Below are positions 37,226 to 45,597 of a stretch of 64,000 nt of DNA, piece after piece (the stretch's first letter is position 1; every line of letters begins with the position of its first letter). The notes beneath the pieces were generated by a model that was given only the letters and a program-made list of their open reading frames with translations, had not been told where the DNA came from and did not search any database. Source of the stretch: an uncultured Bacteroidales bacterium (GTDB lineage: Bacteria > Bacteroidota > Bacteroidia > Bacteroidales > Muribaculaceae); NCBI GenBank assembly GCA_902772455.1, contig CACYAW010000001.1, positions 95,001 to 159,000 on the forward strand, read 5' to 3'. A program made the position numbers and the translations under genes.

Positions 37226-38377
37226 ATGAAGGATTTTGAATTGAAACCCTTTCCTGGTGAGAGCAGCGTTTCGTTTGACAAACGGAAGGCATACTATCAC
37301 AGGGTATTAGCGCATCGTTTGGCCTATGGCCGGGATTGCCTGGACAACAAGCTGAAGAATTCTACCCCCATCAGTGTAAGTGAACGTGAGGAAATCGATG
37401 CCTTTTGGGCACCCTATCTCACGCCTGAGCAGCGTGCCGAGTTTATCGATTACAGGTACTATGACGTGTATAAAAAGGTGCTGCGAGAGGGAGAAAGACT
37501 TTGTGAGTATATGCCTGAGGATTTTTATGCCCTATTTATCGATGAGTATTTCGGCAATCCGCAACACTCTTTTCCAACCGATGACAAGAACCTGTATGAC
37601 CTGTATTATCATGACGTCAAGAGGCCCAAGACAATCTTCAGGAAAGTGAAAGGCGTATTGCTTGATGAGAAATATGATGAGATTGCGCTCGATGATGTGC
37701 TTGCCATGTCTAGAGAACAGGGCGAGGTGATTGTTAAACCTTCTCGATTCACTCGAAGTGGCCGTGGCCTACTGTTTTGGAATTCAGTCAGGAATGACGA
37801 GAAAGAACTCAGGGATTATCTGCAGAGTAGTGGAGATGTTGTGTGCCAGGAAGTGGTAAAGCAGCATCCCGAACTGAGCCGACTCAATGCCTCGAGCCTG
37901 AATACTATCCGCATCATGACATTGATGCTCCATGGTAAGGTGCATGTGCTGTCAAGCTGTATCAGAATGGGCATTGAAGGCTCAAAAGTTGATAATTTCA
38001 CCAATGGCGGCATCGGGAGCGGCATCAAGTCAAACGGACAGCTGAAGAATGAGGCTTTTGATTATCAGGCCAATAGATATGAGAAGCATCCATCAGGCAC
38101 GATATTTGAGAGCGTGATGATACCAAACTTTGATGAGTGTATCGAGATGGTGAAATACCTCGCTAAACGAATCAGCATCATGTCAAGACTGGTTTCTTGG
38201 GATTTGGCAATTGACGAGAGTGGTCACCCCTTGATTATAGAGATGAACTTTGCTGGTGGATTGGACATTCATCAGCTCTGCAACGGACCGATTTACAGGG
38301 AACTGACGCGCGAGGTGCTAGATGACGTGTTCAAGAATGCCTATACATTAAATGCCATCCTCAAATCCATGCAATAG
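37226..38377 (+). CDS. Sugar-transfer-associated ATP-grasp protein, tandem paralogue 7
   Basis: DDKNLY, KPSRFTRSGRG, VDNFTNGG, SWDLAI, IEMN. Confidence 0.85.
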   Translation: MKDFELKPFPGESSVSFDKRKAYYHRVLAHRLAYGRDCLDNKLKNSTPISVSEREEIDAFWAPYLTPEQRAEFIDYRYYDVYKKVLREGERLCEYMPEDFYALFIDEYFGNPQHSFPTDDKNLYDLYYHDVKRPKTIFRKVKGVLLDEKYDEIALDDVLAMSREQGEVIVKPSRFTRSGRGLLFWNSVRNDEKELRDYLQSSGDVVCQEVVKQHPELSRLNASSLNTIRIMTLMLHGKVHVLSSCIRMGIEGSKVDNFTNGGIGSGIKSNGQLKNEAFDYQANRYEKHPSGTIFESVMIPNFDECIEMVKYLAKRISIMSRLVSWDLAIDESGHPLIIEMNFAGGLDIHQLCNGPIYRELTREVLDDVFKNAYTLNAILKSMQ

Positions 38378-38378
38378 G

Positions 38379-39422
38379 ATGCGGACTATCAGCAGCGATT
38401 CTCTAAAGCGAGCTCAGATGTTGTATGACTATAAGTTGTACAGCATTAAACAAATCAGAACTTTTTCAAAATATGCTTGGAAAACGTCAGGAGAATTGTC
38501 TGCAAAATACGGCGGCAGCAGGTTGTGCTACTGGGTTGACATGATTTGGAGCAACCTCATGTACGGAGCCATGCATTGCCGAGATTATGTGGAATTTGAG
38601 TTTTTCAAGAAAAACGGCAGGGAAAAGAATACGTTCTTCACGCTGCGCCGATATTTTAATCTGGTCAAGCATCTTGACAAGGAAACCTTTTTCAGCTTGA
38701 TAGACAAGGCGTCCATGTATGAGATTTATGCCAAATATATCCATCGGGATTGGATACTGGCCGATGCTGGCACTCCCGAGAGCCAGATTCGGGAATTTGT
38801 GGATAAGCACGGAAAAGTGATTGTCAAGCCAGTGTCCTCAGACAAAGGCAAAGGCATTTATGCCCTTAATGCCAATGATAACGCTGCCGTTGCCAAGCTG
38901 ATGGAGCACAAACAGCAGAACGCGTATCTGCTAGAAGAACTGTGTGTGAATTGTGAAGAATTGAACACAATTAATGCGACTTCTCTTAATACGATGCGTC
39001 TGTTTACTCTTGTGAATGCTCAGGGCGAAGTTCAGATTATGTGTGCCTTCTTGCGCTGTGGTCGAGGTGGGGCGGTCGTTGATAACTGGTGTGCAGGTGG
39101 CGTGGGTTATCCTGTGGATGTTGAAACTGGCATTATTGCTTATCCCGGTGTGGATGCTGCTGGCAATAAGTATGTGATTCATCCAGGAACCGACAAGATT
39201 ATGCCTGGTTTTGAAATCCCGCGTTTTAAAGAGATCTGTGCATTGGCTAAGGAAATCATCAGTGACAACAAGAAAATCGTTTATGCTGGATTAGACTTTG
39301 CCATCCTTCCTGATAGGGTGGAATTTATTGAAATCAATTTCCCTGCTGGATATGAATTGATACAAACGTGGGACATGGTGGGTAAAAACCACTGGTTTGA
39401 GCATATAGTAAATAAAAACTAA
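38379..39422 (+). CDS. Sugar-transfer-associated ATP-grasp protein, divergent member (8th)
   Basis: DYVEFEFF, LIDK, IVKPVSSDKGKG, SLNTMR, VDNWCAGG, HPGT, GLDFAI, IEIN; ATG 38379 follows the previous stop. Confidence 0.85.
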   Translation: MRTISSDSLKRAQMLYDYKLYSIKQIRTFSKYAWKTSGELSAKYGGSRLCYWVDMIWSNLMYGAMHCRDYVEFEFFKKNGREKNTFFTLRRYFNLVKHLDKETFFSLIDKASMYEIYAKYIHRDWILADAGTPESQIREFVDKHGKVIVKPVSSDKGKGIYALNANDNAAVAKLMEHKQQNAYLLEELCVNCEELNTINATSLNTMRLFTLVNAQGEVQIMCAFLRCGRGGAVVDNWCAGGVGYPVDVETGIIAYPGVDAAGNKYVIHPGTDKIMPGFEIPRFKEICALAKEIISDNKKIVYAGLDFAILPDRVEFIEINFPAGYELIQTWDMVGKNHWFEHIVNKN

Positions 39423-39430
39423 AGAGATTG

Positions 39431-40195
39431 ATGGAGGCTGGATTTCTTGATCTTCAAGGTAAAAAAATAGTTGTTGCCGGGGCTTGTGGAGGCATGGGCA
39501 AGGCTTTGTCAGCCATGTTGGCTCAGGGTGGGGCACAGGTTATCGCACTGGACCTTAACGAGGAAGCACTGGTGCAGCTGTGCCAGCAACTGAATGGCGA
39601 GGGGCATTGCTACCGTGTGTGTGACTTTGGGCACATCGAGGGCATTGAACCAGTCATTGACGATATCATCAAGCAATGCGGGCCGGTGGACGGCTTTGTG
39701 CATTGTGCGGGCACTGGTGAGGTACGCCCCTTGAAGATGTCGAAGTATCCTTATATGGTGGATGTGATGAATGTGAACTTTTTCTCGTTTGTTGAAATCG
39801 TGCGTTGCCTAACTAAGCGCAAAGCCTTCAACCCTGGGATGAGCATTGTGGGCGTGTCGTCGATAGGCGCGTTCTATGGTGCGCCGACCAAAGTGGCCTA
39901 CACATCGTCTAAGGCGGCGATGAATGCCGCCGTGAAGTGCATGGCAGTGGAGCTGGGCGGGAAAGGCATCCGTGTGAATGCTGTTGCTCCTGGTGCGACC
40001 AACACCAGCATGAGGCGCCAATATGAAAGCTATGCCCAGGATACCGATAGCTACAAGATCAATGCCATACGTCAATTCTTGGGCGTGTGTGAGCCTGAGG
40101 ACATCGCCAATTCGATAGCGTTCCTGCTGAGTGACAAGGCGAGGATGATTACGGGCACCTGCCTGACCGTGGATGGCGGCAAAATGTCCACGTGA
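39431..40195 (+). CDS. SDR oxidoreductase, FabG-like (copy 2)
   Basis: AGACGGMG, YTSSK, RVNAVAPG, VDGG. Confidence 0.9.
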   Translation: MEAGFLDLQGKKIVVAGACGGMGKALSAMLAQGGAQVIALDLNEEALVQLCQQLNGEGHCYRVCDFGHIEGIEPVIDDIIKQCGPVDGFVHCAGTGEVRPLKMSKYPYMVDVMNVNFFSFVEIVRCLTKRKAFNPGMSIVGVSSIGAFYGAPTKVAYTSSKAAMNAAVKCMAVELGGKGIRVNAVAPGATNTSMRRQYESYAQDTDSYKINAIRQFLGVCEPEDIANSIAFLLSDKARMITGTCLTVDGGKMST

Positions 40196-40196
40196 T

Positions 40197-40247
40197 TCAA
40201 GTTTTGGAAAAACTCCCAAAACTTGAGGTTTAGAGTTTAGGGTTTAG
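40197..40247 (+). repeat. Palindrome + (RGTTTAG)n heptamer element, copy 2
   Basis: 11-bp stem TCAAGTTTTGG-N8-CCAAAACTTGA followed by GGTTTAG AGTTTAG GGTTTAG. Confidence 0.85.
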
Positions 40248-40311
40248 AGAGATTTAAGACGGTTTTAGGCCAAACTTTAGTAATAAGGGACAAGAAACTA
40301 GATACTAATAT

Positions 40312-41349
40312 ATGATTATCAATGAATTAAATAGTATTGCGATAAAGGGTGTCGCATGTGCGGTATCGACCAACTGGGTGTCGATTGAATCACTCAAGAA
40401 CGGTGAGAATGACGCCACGCTCGACAAGTTCGTGAAGACGACGAGCGTGCAGGGGCACTATGAGTGCGGGCCGCGTCAGACGGCTGCCGACCTGGCTCAA
40501 GTGGCCGCCCAGCGCATTATTGATGCCAAGGGTATAGACAAAGGTGAAATCGGTGTGCTGGTGTTTGCGACTCAGTACCCGGACTACCGCGTACCATCGA
40601 CGGCCTGTGTGCTGCAAGACAGGCTGGGCTTGTCGAAGAACTGCATCGCCTTTGATGTGAACTTGGGTTGCTCTGGCTATGTGTATGGCTTGAACATCGT
40701 CGCCTCGCTGATGCAGACGGGTAATGCCCGTTACGGTCTGTTGCTGGCAGGCGACACGCCATCGAAGGGCGTTCGCAGCGACAACTCGCGCAACCTGTTT
40801 GGCGATGCCAGCGCTGCCACGTTGCTGGTCAAGGAGGAAGGCGCCTCGCCCATGACCATTGCCTCAAGGACCGATGGTTCGGGCTACAAGGCGATCCTTC
40901 GCCCCTATGGCTACAGCAAGCACCCCGAGCGTCCCGACACCCAGGGTGTGTTTGACGAGATTGACGTGTTCAACTTCGCCATCAACGAGGCCCCTGCGCT
41001 CATCAACGAGCTGCTGGAAGCGAAGAACTTGACGCCCGACAACTTTGACTGCATGGCATTGCACCAGGCTAACATGATGATCATGAAGCAGATCGTGCGC
41101 CGCACCCACTTTGACAAAGACAAAGTGATCTACTCGATAGACCGCTATGCCAACACGAGCGCAGCTTCCATCCCCCTGTGCTTCGTCAAGAAGTATGGCG
41201 AGGTGGACGATAGCCAGCGGTTGAAGGCCCTGGTGTGCGGCTATGGCGTGGGCCTGTCGTGGGCTGCCGGCATCATTAGCCTGGATGCGCGTGACGTGCT
41301 GCCCATCATTGAGACGGACGAGTACTTTGACGATGGACTGTTTGAATAA
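40312..41349 (+). CDS. Ketoacyl-ACP synthase III, FabH-like (copy 2)
   Basis: DVNLGC, LHQAN, YANTS, GYGVGLSW. Confidence 0.9.
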   Translation: MIINELNSIAIKGVACAVSTNWVSIESLKNGENDATLDKFVKTTSVQGHYECGPRQTAADLAQVAAQRIIDAKGIDKGEIGVLVFATQYPDYRVPSTACVLQDRLGLSKNCIAFDVNLGCSGYVYGLNIVASLMQTGNARYGLLLAGDTPSKGVRSDNSRNLFGDASAATLLVKEEGASPMTIASRTDGSGYKAILRPYGYSKHPERPDTQGVFDEIDVFNFAINEAPALINELLEAKNLTPDNFDCMALHQANMMIMKQIVRRTHFDKDKVIYSIDRYANTSAASIPLCFVKKYGEVDDSQRLKALVCGYGVGLSWAAGIISLDARDVLPIIETDEYFDDGLFE

Positions 41350-41389
41350 ATAGAAGTATTTAATAATATAATTATCAGAGATTTAGATT

Positions 41390-41608
41390 ATGACTAACGA
41401 AGAAAAGTTGCACATGATTGAAGATGTGCTTGAACTGGACGAGAACACGTTGACTCCCGAGATGGTACTGGCTGATATCGAGGAATATGACTCGATGTCC
41501 AAACTGTCACTCATCGTGATGATTGACGACGAGTGCCACAAGAAATTGACCGGCGAGCAGCTGCGCGAATTCGTGACTGTGCAGGACGTGCTCGATTTCA
41601 TGGAGTAA
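41390..41608 (+). CDS. Acyl carrier protein (copy 2)
   Basis: 72 aa, acidic, EEYDSMSKL serine motif, TVQDV. Confidence 0.88.
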   Translation: MTNEEKLHMIEDVLELDENTLTPEMVLADIEEYDSMSKLSLIVMIDDECHKKLTGEQLREFVTVQDVLDFME

Positions 41609-41676
41609 ACAGCATCGTTTAAAGTCCGCTGCGGCGGCAACTGATTGATGATCAGGTTACCAAAACTAGAATTGAA

Positions 41677-43110
41677 ATGGCAGAATCGCTGAAGAAAAAG
41701 ACCGTTAAGGGCGTTGCCTGGACCTCGCTGGACCAGTTTGCGAAATTAGGCTTTGGCTTCGTGATCGGAGTTATCCTGGCGCGAATCCTCAGCCCGAGCG
41801 ATTATGGCCTGCTGGCAATGATTGCCGTGTTCAATGCCATTGCTTTTGCTTTTCTTGACAGTGGATTTGGCAGTGCACTGATCCGCAAGCCTGACTTGAC
41901 TGAGAACGATAACTGTACGGCATTTTATTTCAATATTGTTGCCGGTGTCGTCCTTTATGGCGTGATATGGCTAATAGCGCCGTGGGTATCGGTTTTCTAC
42001 GACAAACCGATATTGACGCAGCTGTTACGGGTTGAGGGCCTGTTGCTGATTATCTCGTCGTTCAAGATTGTCCAGAACACCCAATTGTCGAGGGCGCTGA
42101 ATTTTAAAGCGAAGGCTATCATCAATGTCACTTCAGATGTCATTTCGGGAATTATCGCCGTTATAGCCGCTTATCATGGGATGGGTGTGTGGTCACTGGT
42201 GCTGCAGCATATAGCCAGTGGTGTGATCAGCTTGATCATGTTGTGGTTGTTCTCTCCATGGCGACCTCGCGGCAAGTGGGACAAGAGGTCTTTCCGTTAC
42301 CTGTGGGGATATGGCTCCAAATTGCTGGCATCAGGTTTGTTGGATAAGATTTATGGCAATATCTATCCGATTATCATTGGCAAATTCTATTCGGCAGCCG
42401 ACTTGGGACAATACACACGTGCCACCCATTATGCCGGAATGCCATCAGGAATCCTCACGGGAGTATTGCAAAAAGTGACATTTCCGGTACTGAGCCATAT
42501 CCAAGAAGATACTGAGCGTTTGGGCAACAGTTACCGCCGCATGTTGCGTTTTACAGTGTTTATCGTTTTTCCCGTCATGGTTGGTATGGCGGCGCTGGCC
42601 TATCCCCTTGTGGTGGCCCTAGTCACCGATAAGTGGGCACAGTGCGTGCCTTATCTGCAGATTATCTGTTTGTCGTCGATGTGGTACCCAGTGCATGCCA
42701 TCAACCTGAATCTGTTGCAGGTGAAGGGGCGTAGCGACTTGTTTCTGAGACTGGAAATCATCAAGAAGGCTTTGATTACCGTTGTGATCTTTGTCTGTGT
42801 CCCGTTCGGTATCATTGGCATCTGTTACGGAGCGGTTTTCACATCGCTGGCTTGTTTAGCGATTAACACCTACTATACGGGCAAACTAATCAACGTAGGC
42901 TTTGTCCGGCAGATGATGGATATGACACCCACACTGCTGGCCTCGCTGGTCATGGGAGCTGTTGTCTTTTTTGCCGTGATGCCATTCGATAGCAATGTGG
43001 TGAAACTCGTTATTGGCATCCCACTCGGCATGGTTGTTTATCTTTCTATCGCCAAGGTCTTCAATATGGCAGAGCTGCAGGAGGCCCTCGACATCATCCA
43101 CCGCAAATAG
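41677..43110 (+). CDS. wzx: Polysaccharide flippase (WzxC-like)
   Basis: LKKKTVKGVAW..LARILSPSDYG, multiple TM helices. Confidence 0.9.
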   Translation: MAESLKKKTVKGVAWTSLDQFAKLGFGFVIGVILARILSPSDYGLLAMIAVFNAIAFAFLDSGFGSALIRKPDLTENDNCTAFYFNIVAGVVLYGVIWLIAPWVSVFYDKPILTQLLRVEGLLLIISSFKIVQNTQLSRALNFKAKAIINVTSDVISGIIAVIAAYHGMGVWSLVLQHIASGVISLIMLWLFSPWRPRGKWDKRSFRYLWGYGSKLLASGLLDKIYGNIYPIIIGKFYSAADLGQYTRATHYAGMPSGILTGVLQKVTFPVLSHIQEDTERLGNSYRRMLRFTVFIVFPVMVGMAALAYPLVVALVTDKWAQCVPYLQIICLSSMWYPVHAINLNLLQVKGRSDLFLRLEIIKKALITVVIFVCVPFGIIGICYGAVFTSLACLAINTYYTGKLINVGFVRQMMDMTPTLLASLVMGAVVFFAVMPFDSNVVKLVIGIPLGMVVYLSIAKVFNMAELQEALDIIHRK

Positions 43111-43162
43111 TTTTAATCGATTAATCGATTAAAAAGTTTAGAGCTTAGGGTTTAGAGTTTAG
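43111..43162 (+). repeat. Palindrome + (RGYTTAG)n heptamer element, copy 3
   Basis: Perfect 24-bp palindrome TTTTAATCGATTAATCGATTAAAA followed by AGTTTAG AGCTTAG GGTTTAG AGTTTAG. Confidence 0.85.
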
Positions 43163-43268
43163 AGAAAGTGTTTGAATAATAATCGACTTAATCCCAAGAA
43201 TCCGCTAACAGTAAAGAATGAATGCGGATGTCAACTAGGGACTAAGGGCTAAAAACAAATAACTAATA

Positions 43269-44177
43269 ATGATCGGTGATCCGTTAGTATCCATACGTTG
43301 CATGGTTTATAATCATGAGCCGTACTTGCGGCAGTGCTTGGACGGTTTTGTGATGCAGAAGACGACTTTCCCCTTTGAGGCAATCGTTCACGACGATGCA
43401 TCGACCGACGGTTCTGCTGCAATCATCCGTGAGTACGCTGAAAAGTATCCCGACATTATCAAACCCATTTACGAAACCGAGAACCAATTCCGTAAAGGGA
43501 CCATACAAAGAATCATGTCTGCAGCTACACACCCCAATACAAAATACATTGCTACCTGTGAAGGTGATGACTGCTGGATAGACCCTGAGAAGTTGCAGAT
43601 ACAAGTGGATTTTTTGGAGAGCCATCCTGACTATACGATGTGCTTTCATCAAGCTAAGACAGTCATAGGGAATACTGGTAAAGAAACAGATAGGCCACCA
43701 GCCCAGAATTTCCGTTCTGTCGAGTCGCGGGATTATGATTCAACTGAGCTGTTTCAGAAATGGATGGTCCCCACAGCCTCTATCGTGCAGCGTAGGAAAT
43801 GTTTATATGTCAGATATAAATATCTTAACAGGACACCTTATGAGGATATCTATATTGTGTTGAGGTGTGCAGAATTAGGTAAAGTAAGAGGCATTGGCAG
43901 AATGATGTCTGTTTATAGAGTTCACCCAAATGGATTAACCTATTCTCCTGAAGCTGCGGTTAAATATATCATGATTTCACCCGAGCATTTTGTGACACTG
44001 ATGAAGAATTTTTCAAAGGTTGATAAACGGGTGATACGCATGGCAATCGCCAATAGATACTGGATTCGAGCGAGATTTGATAAAAAACGTTTTTTTCATG
44101 ATATGCTGATGTCCTTCAGATACGACTTTAGGGTGCCGATTAGCCGCATGCTGAAGAAGTTGGGATTAAAGCGATGA
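43269..44177 (+). CDS. Glycosyltransferase family 2
   Basis: VSIRCMVYN, HDDASTD, CEGDD. Confidence 0.9.
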   Translation: MIGDPLVSIRCMVYNHEPYLRQCLDGFVMQKTTFPFEAIVHDDASTDGSAAIIREYAEKYPDIIKPIYETENQFRKGTIQRIMSAATHPNTKYIATCEGDDCWIDPEKLQIQVDFLESHPDYTMCFHQAKTVIGNTGKETDRPPAQNFRSVESRDYDSTELFQKWMVPTASIVQRRKCLYVRYKYLNRTPYEDIYIVLRCAELGKVRGIGRMMSVYRVHPNGLTYSPEAAVKYIMISPEHFVTLMKNFSKVDKRVIRMAIANRYWIRARFDKKRFFHDMLMSFRYDFRVPISRMLKKLGLKR

Positions 44178-44417
44178 TGATTTGAGATTTGCTGCTAGGC
44201 TATTCATCAATCCAAAATGAAAAAATGAGAAATATCATTTAATATGATTTTCTCACACAATAAAACGTTTGATTACGTATTCTGTTCCTGAGAAATTTCA
44301 AAAGTAATAATTGCTGAAAAGAACCCTGAAAGCCACCATCGGATTTTGTTGTGTTGAGGAAGAATATAATTTCTCCTTATTTGATGGCGTATAACAAAAC
44401 ACATAAGCATTAGACCA

Positions 44418-45419
44418 ATGGCTAATAACAAAAGAATTGCATATTATGACCTGTTAAATGTGATTTCATGTTTTGGGGTGGTTTGTCTTCACTCAAATGG
44501 TTATGTGCATTCTTTTGTTAAAGATTCATGGTGGTGGTTGAGAGTTTTGGTTGAAGTTTTATTTTATTTTGCCGTACCTGTTTTCTTTATGTTATCTGGT
44601 GCGACTCTTATGAGCTATCGTGAGAGGTATTCGACAACTCAGTTTATCCGCAAGCGATTCTTGAAAGCGGTCTTCCCTTATTTAATTTGGGGTTGTTTTT
44701 TCATTATTGTACATTCGTTTTATGATTCCTCAAGTATCAGTATAGGCGGGATAATCATGTCGTTCACAACAGGTAAAATAGCTTATACCAATTACTGGTT
44801 TTTCATACCGTTGTTTTTGTTGTATATATTTATTCCGTTTTTGTCGTTGATGGTGCTCAGATTGAACTTTAAACAAATGACTTGTTTGATTGCAATCATG
44901 ATTCTTTTTCAATCTTTGCTGCCTACGATATACTCTATTTTTGGACTAGAATTTAGAATCTCGATGCCTATTGGTGGCTATTTTACCTATGCTCTATTAG
45001 GTTACTATATTGCTACATTCGATATTGAGAAAAATAATAAGTTGTGCTATGCGGTATTTTTAATAGCAATCCTTTCGATGATGGTGAGATATTGGTTAAT
45101 TTATATATCAGATGAAAAAGAACCAATGCTGTTCACTTATTTTGGACTATATGCTATTATTCCTGCTATTGCAGTATTCTTGTTATTTAAAAGAATATCT
45201 ATAACAAATGTTCGAGTGCAAAAAACTTCTACATTTCTTGCTAAGAGAAGTTATGGCATATTCTTGATACACACGTTTTTAATCGTCTTATTGTCTAATG
45301 TGGTTAGCAGACAGAATCCTTGCTTCATCCCCCTATCTGCGTTGTCGGTGTATTCTATCTCATTGATAGTTGTTGCAATAATGCAGAAAGGACGTTTGAC
45401 AAGACTGATCGTTCCTTGA
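44418..45419 (+). CDS. Membrane acyltransferase (acyltransferase-3 / OafA-like)
   Basis: RIAYYDLL..VVCLH, AVPVFFMLSG, SYGIFLIH; polytopic; AT-rich. Confidence 0.85.
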   Translation: MANNKRIAYYDLLNVISCFGVVCLHSNGYVHSFVKDSWWWLRVLVEVLFYFAVPVFFMLSGATLMSYRERYSTTQFIRKRFLKAVFPYLIWGCFFIIVHSFYDSSSISIGGIIMSFTTGKIAYTNYWFFIPLFLLYIFIPFLSLMVLRLNFKQMTCLIAIMILFQSLLPTIYSIFGLEFRISMPIGGYFTYALLGYYIATFDIEKNNKLCYAVFLIAILSMMVRYWLIYISDEKEPMLFTYFGLYAIIPAIAVFLLFKRISITNVRVQKTSTFLAKRSYGIFLIHTFLIVLLSNVVSRQNPCFIPLSALSVYSISLIVVAIMQKGRLTRLIVP

Positions 45420-45597
45420 AATGATTCGGGATGCCGTGCCACAAGAGATAGACAATCAGCATTGGATGCCTGATAATAATAACACACAAATATTGGCAGA
45501 TATTGGCGGAAGTTATGTGTTTTTTGAGAACACAAATAGAGTTACACTTTTTTGAGATTCTAATAGCATCACGATATTTTATTGATTTAACGGAACA

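Noticed and set aside
30281-39422. RiPP (graspetide/microviridin) cluster
   Set aside because: No precursor peptide with repeated cores; the small ORFs are carrier proteins, and the motifs and context fit the sugar-transfer-associated family
27521-43162. Telomere-like (TTTAGGG) eukaryotic contamination
   Set aside because: Tracts are 3-5 degenerate units inside bacterial intergenic spacers between intact operon genes
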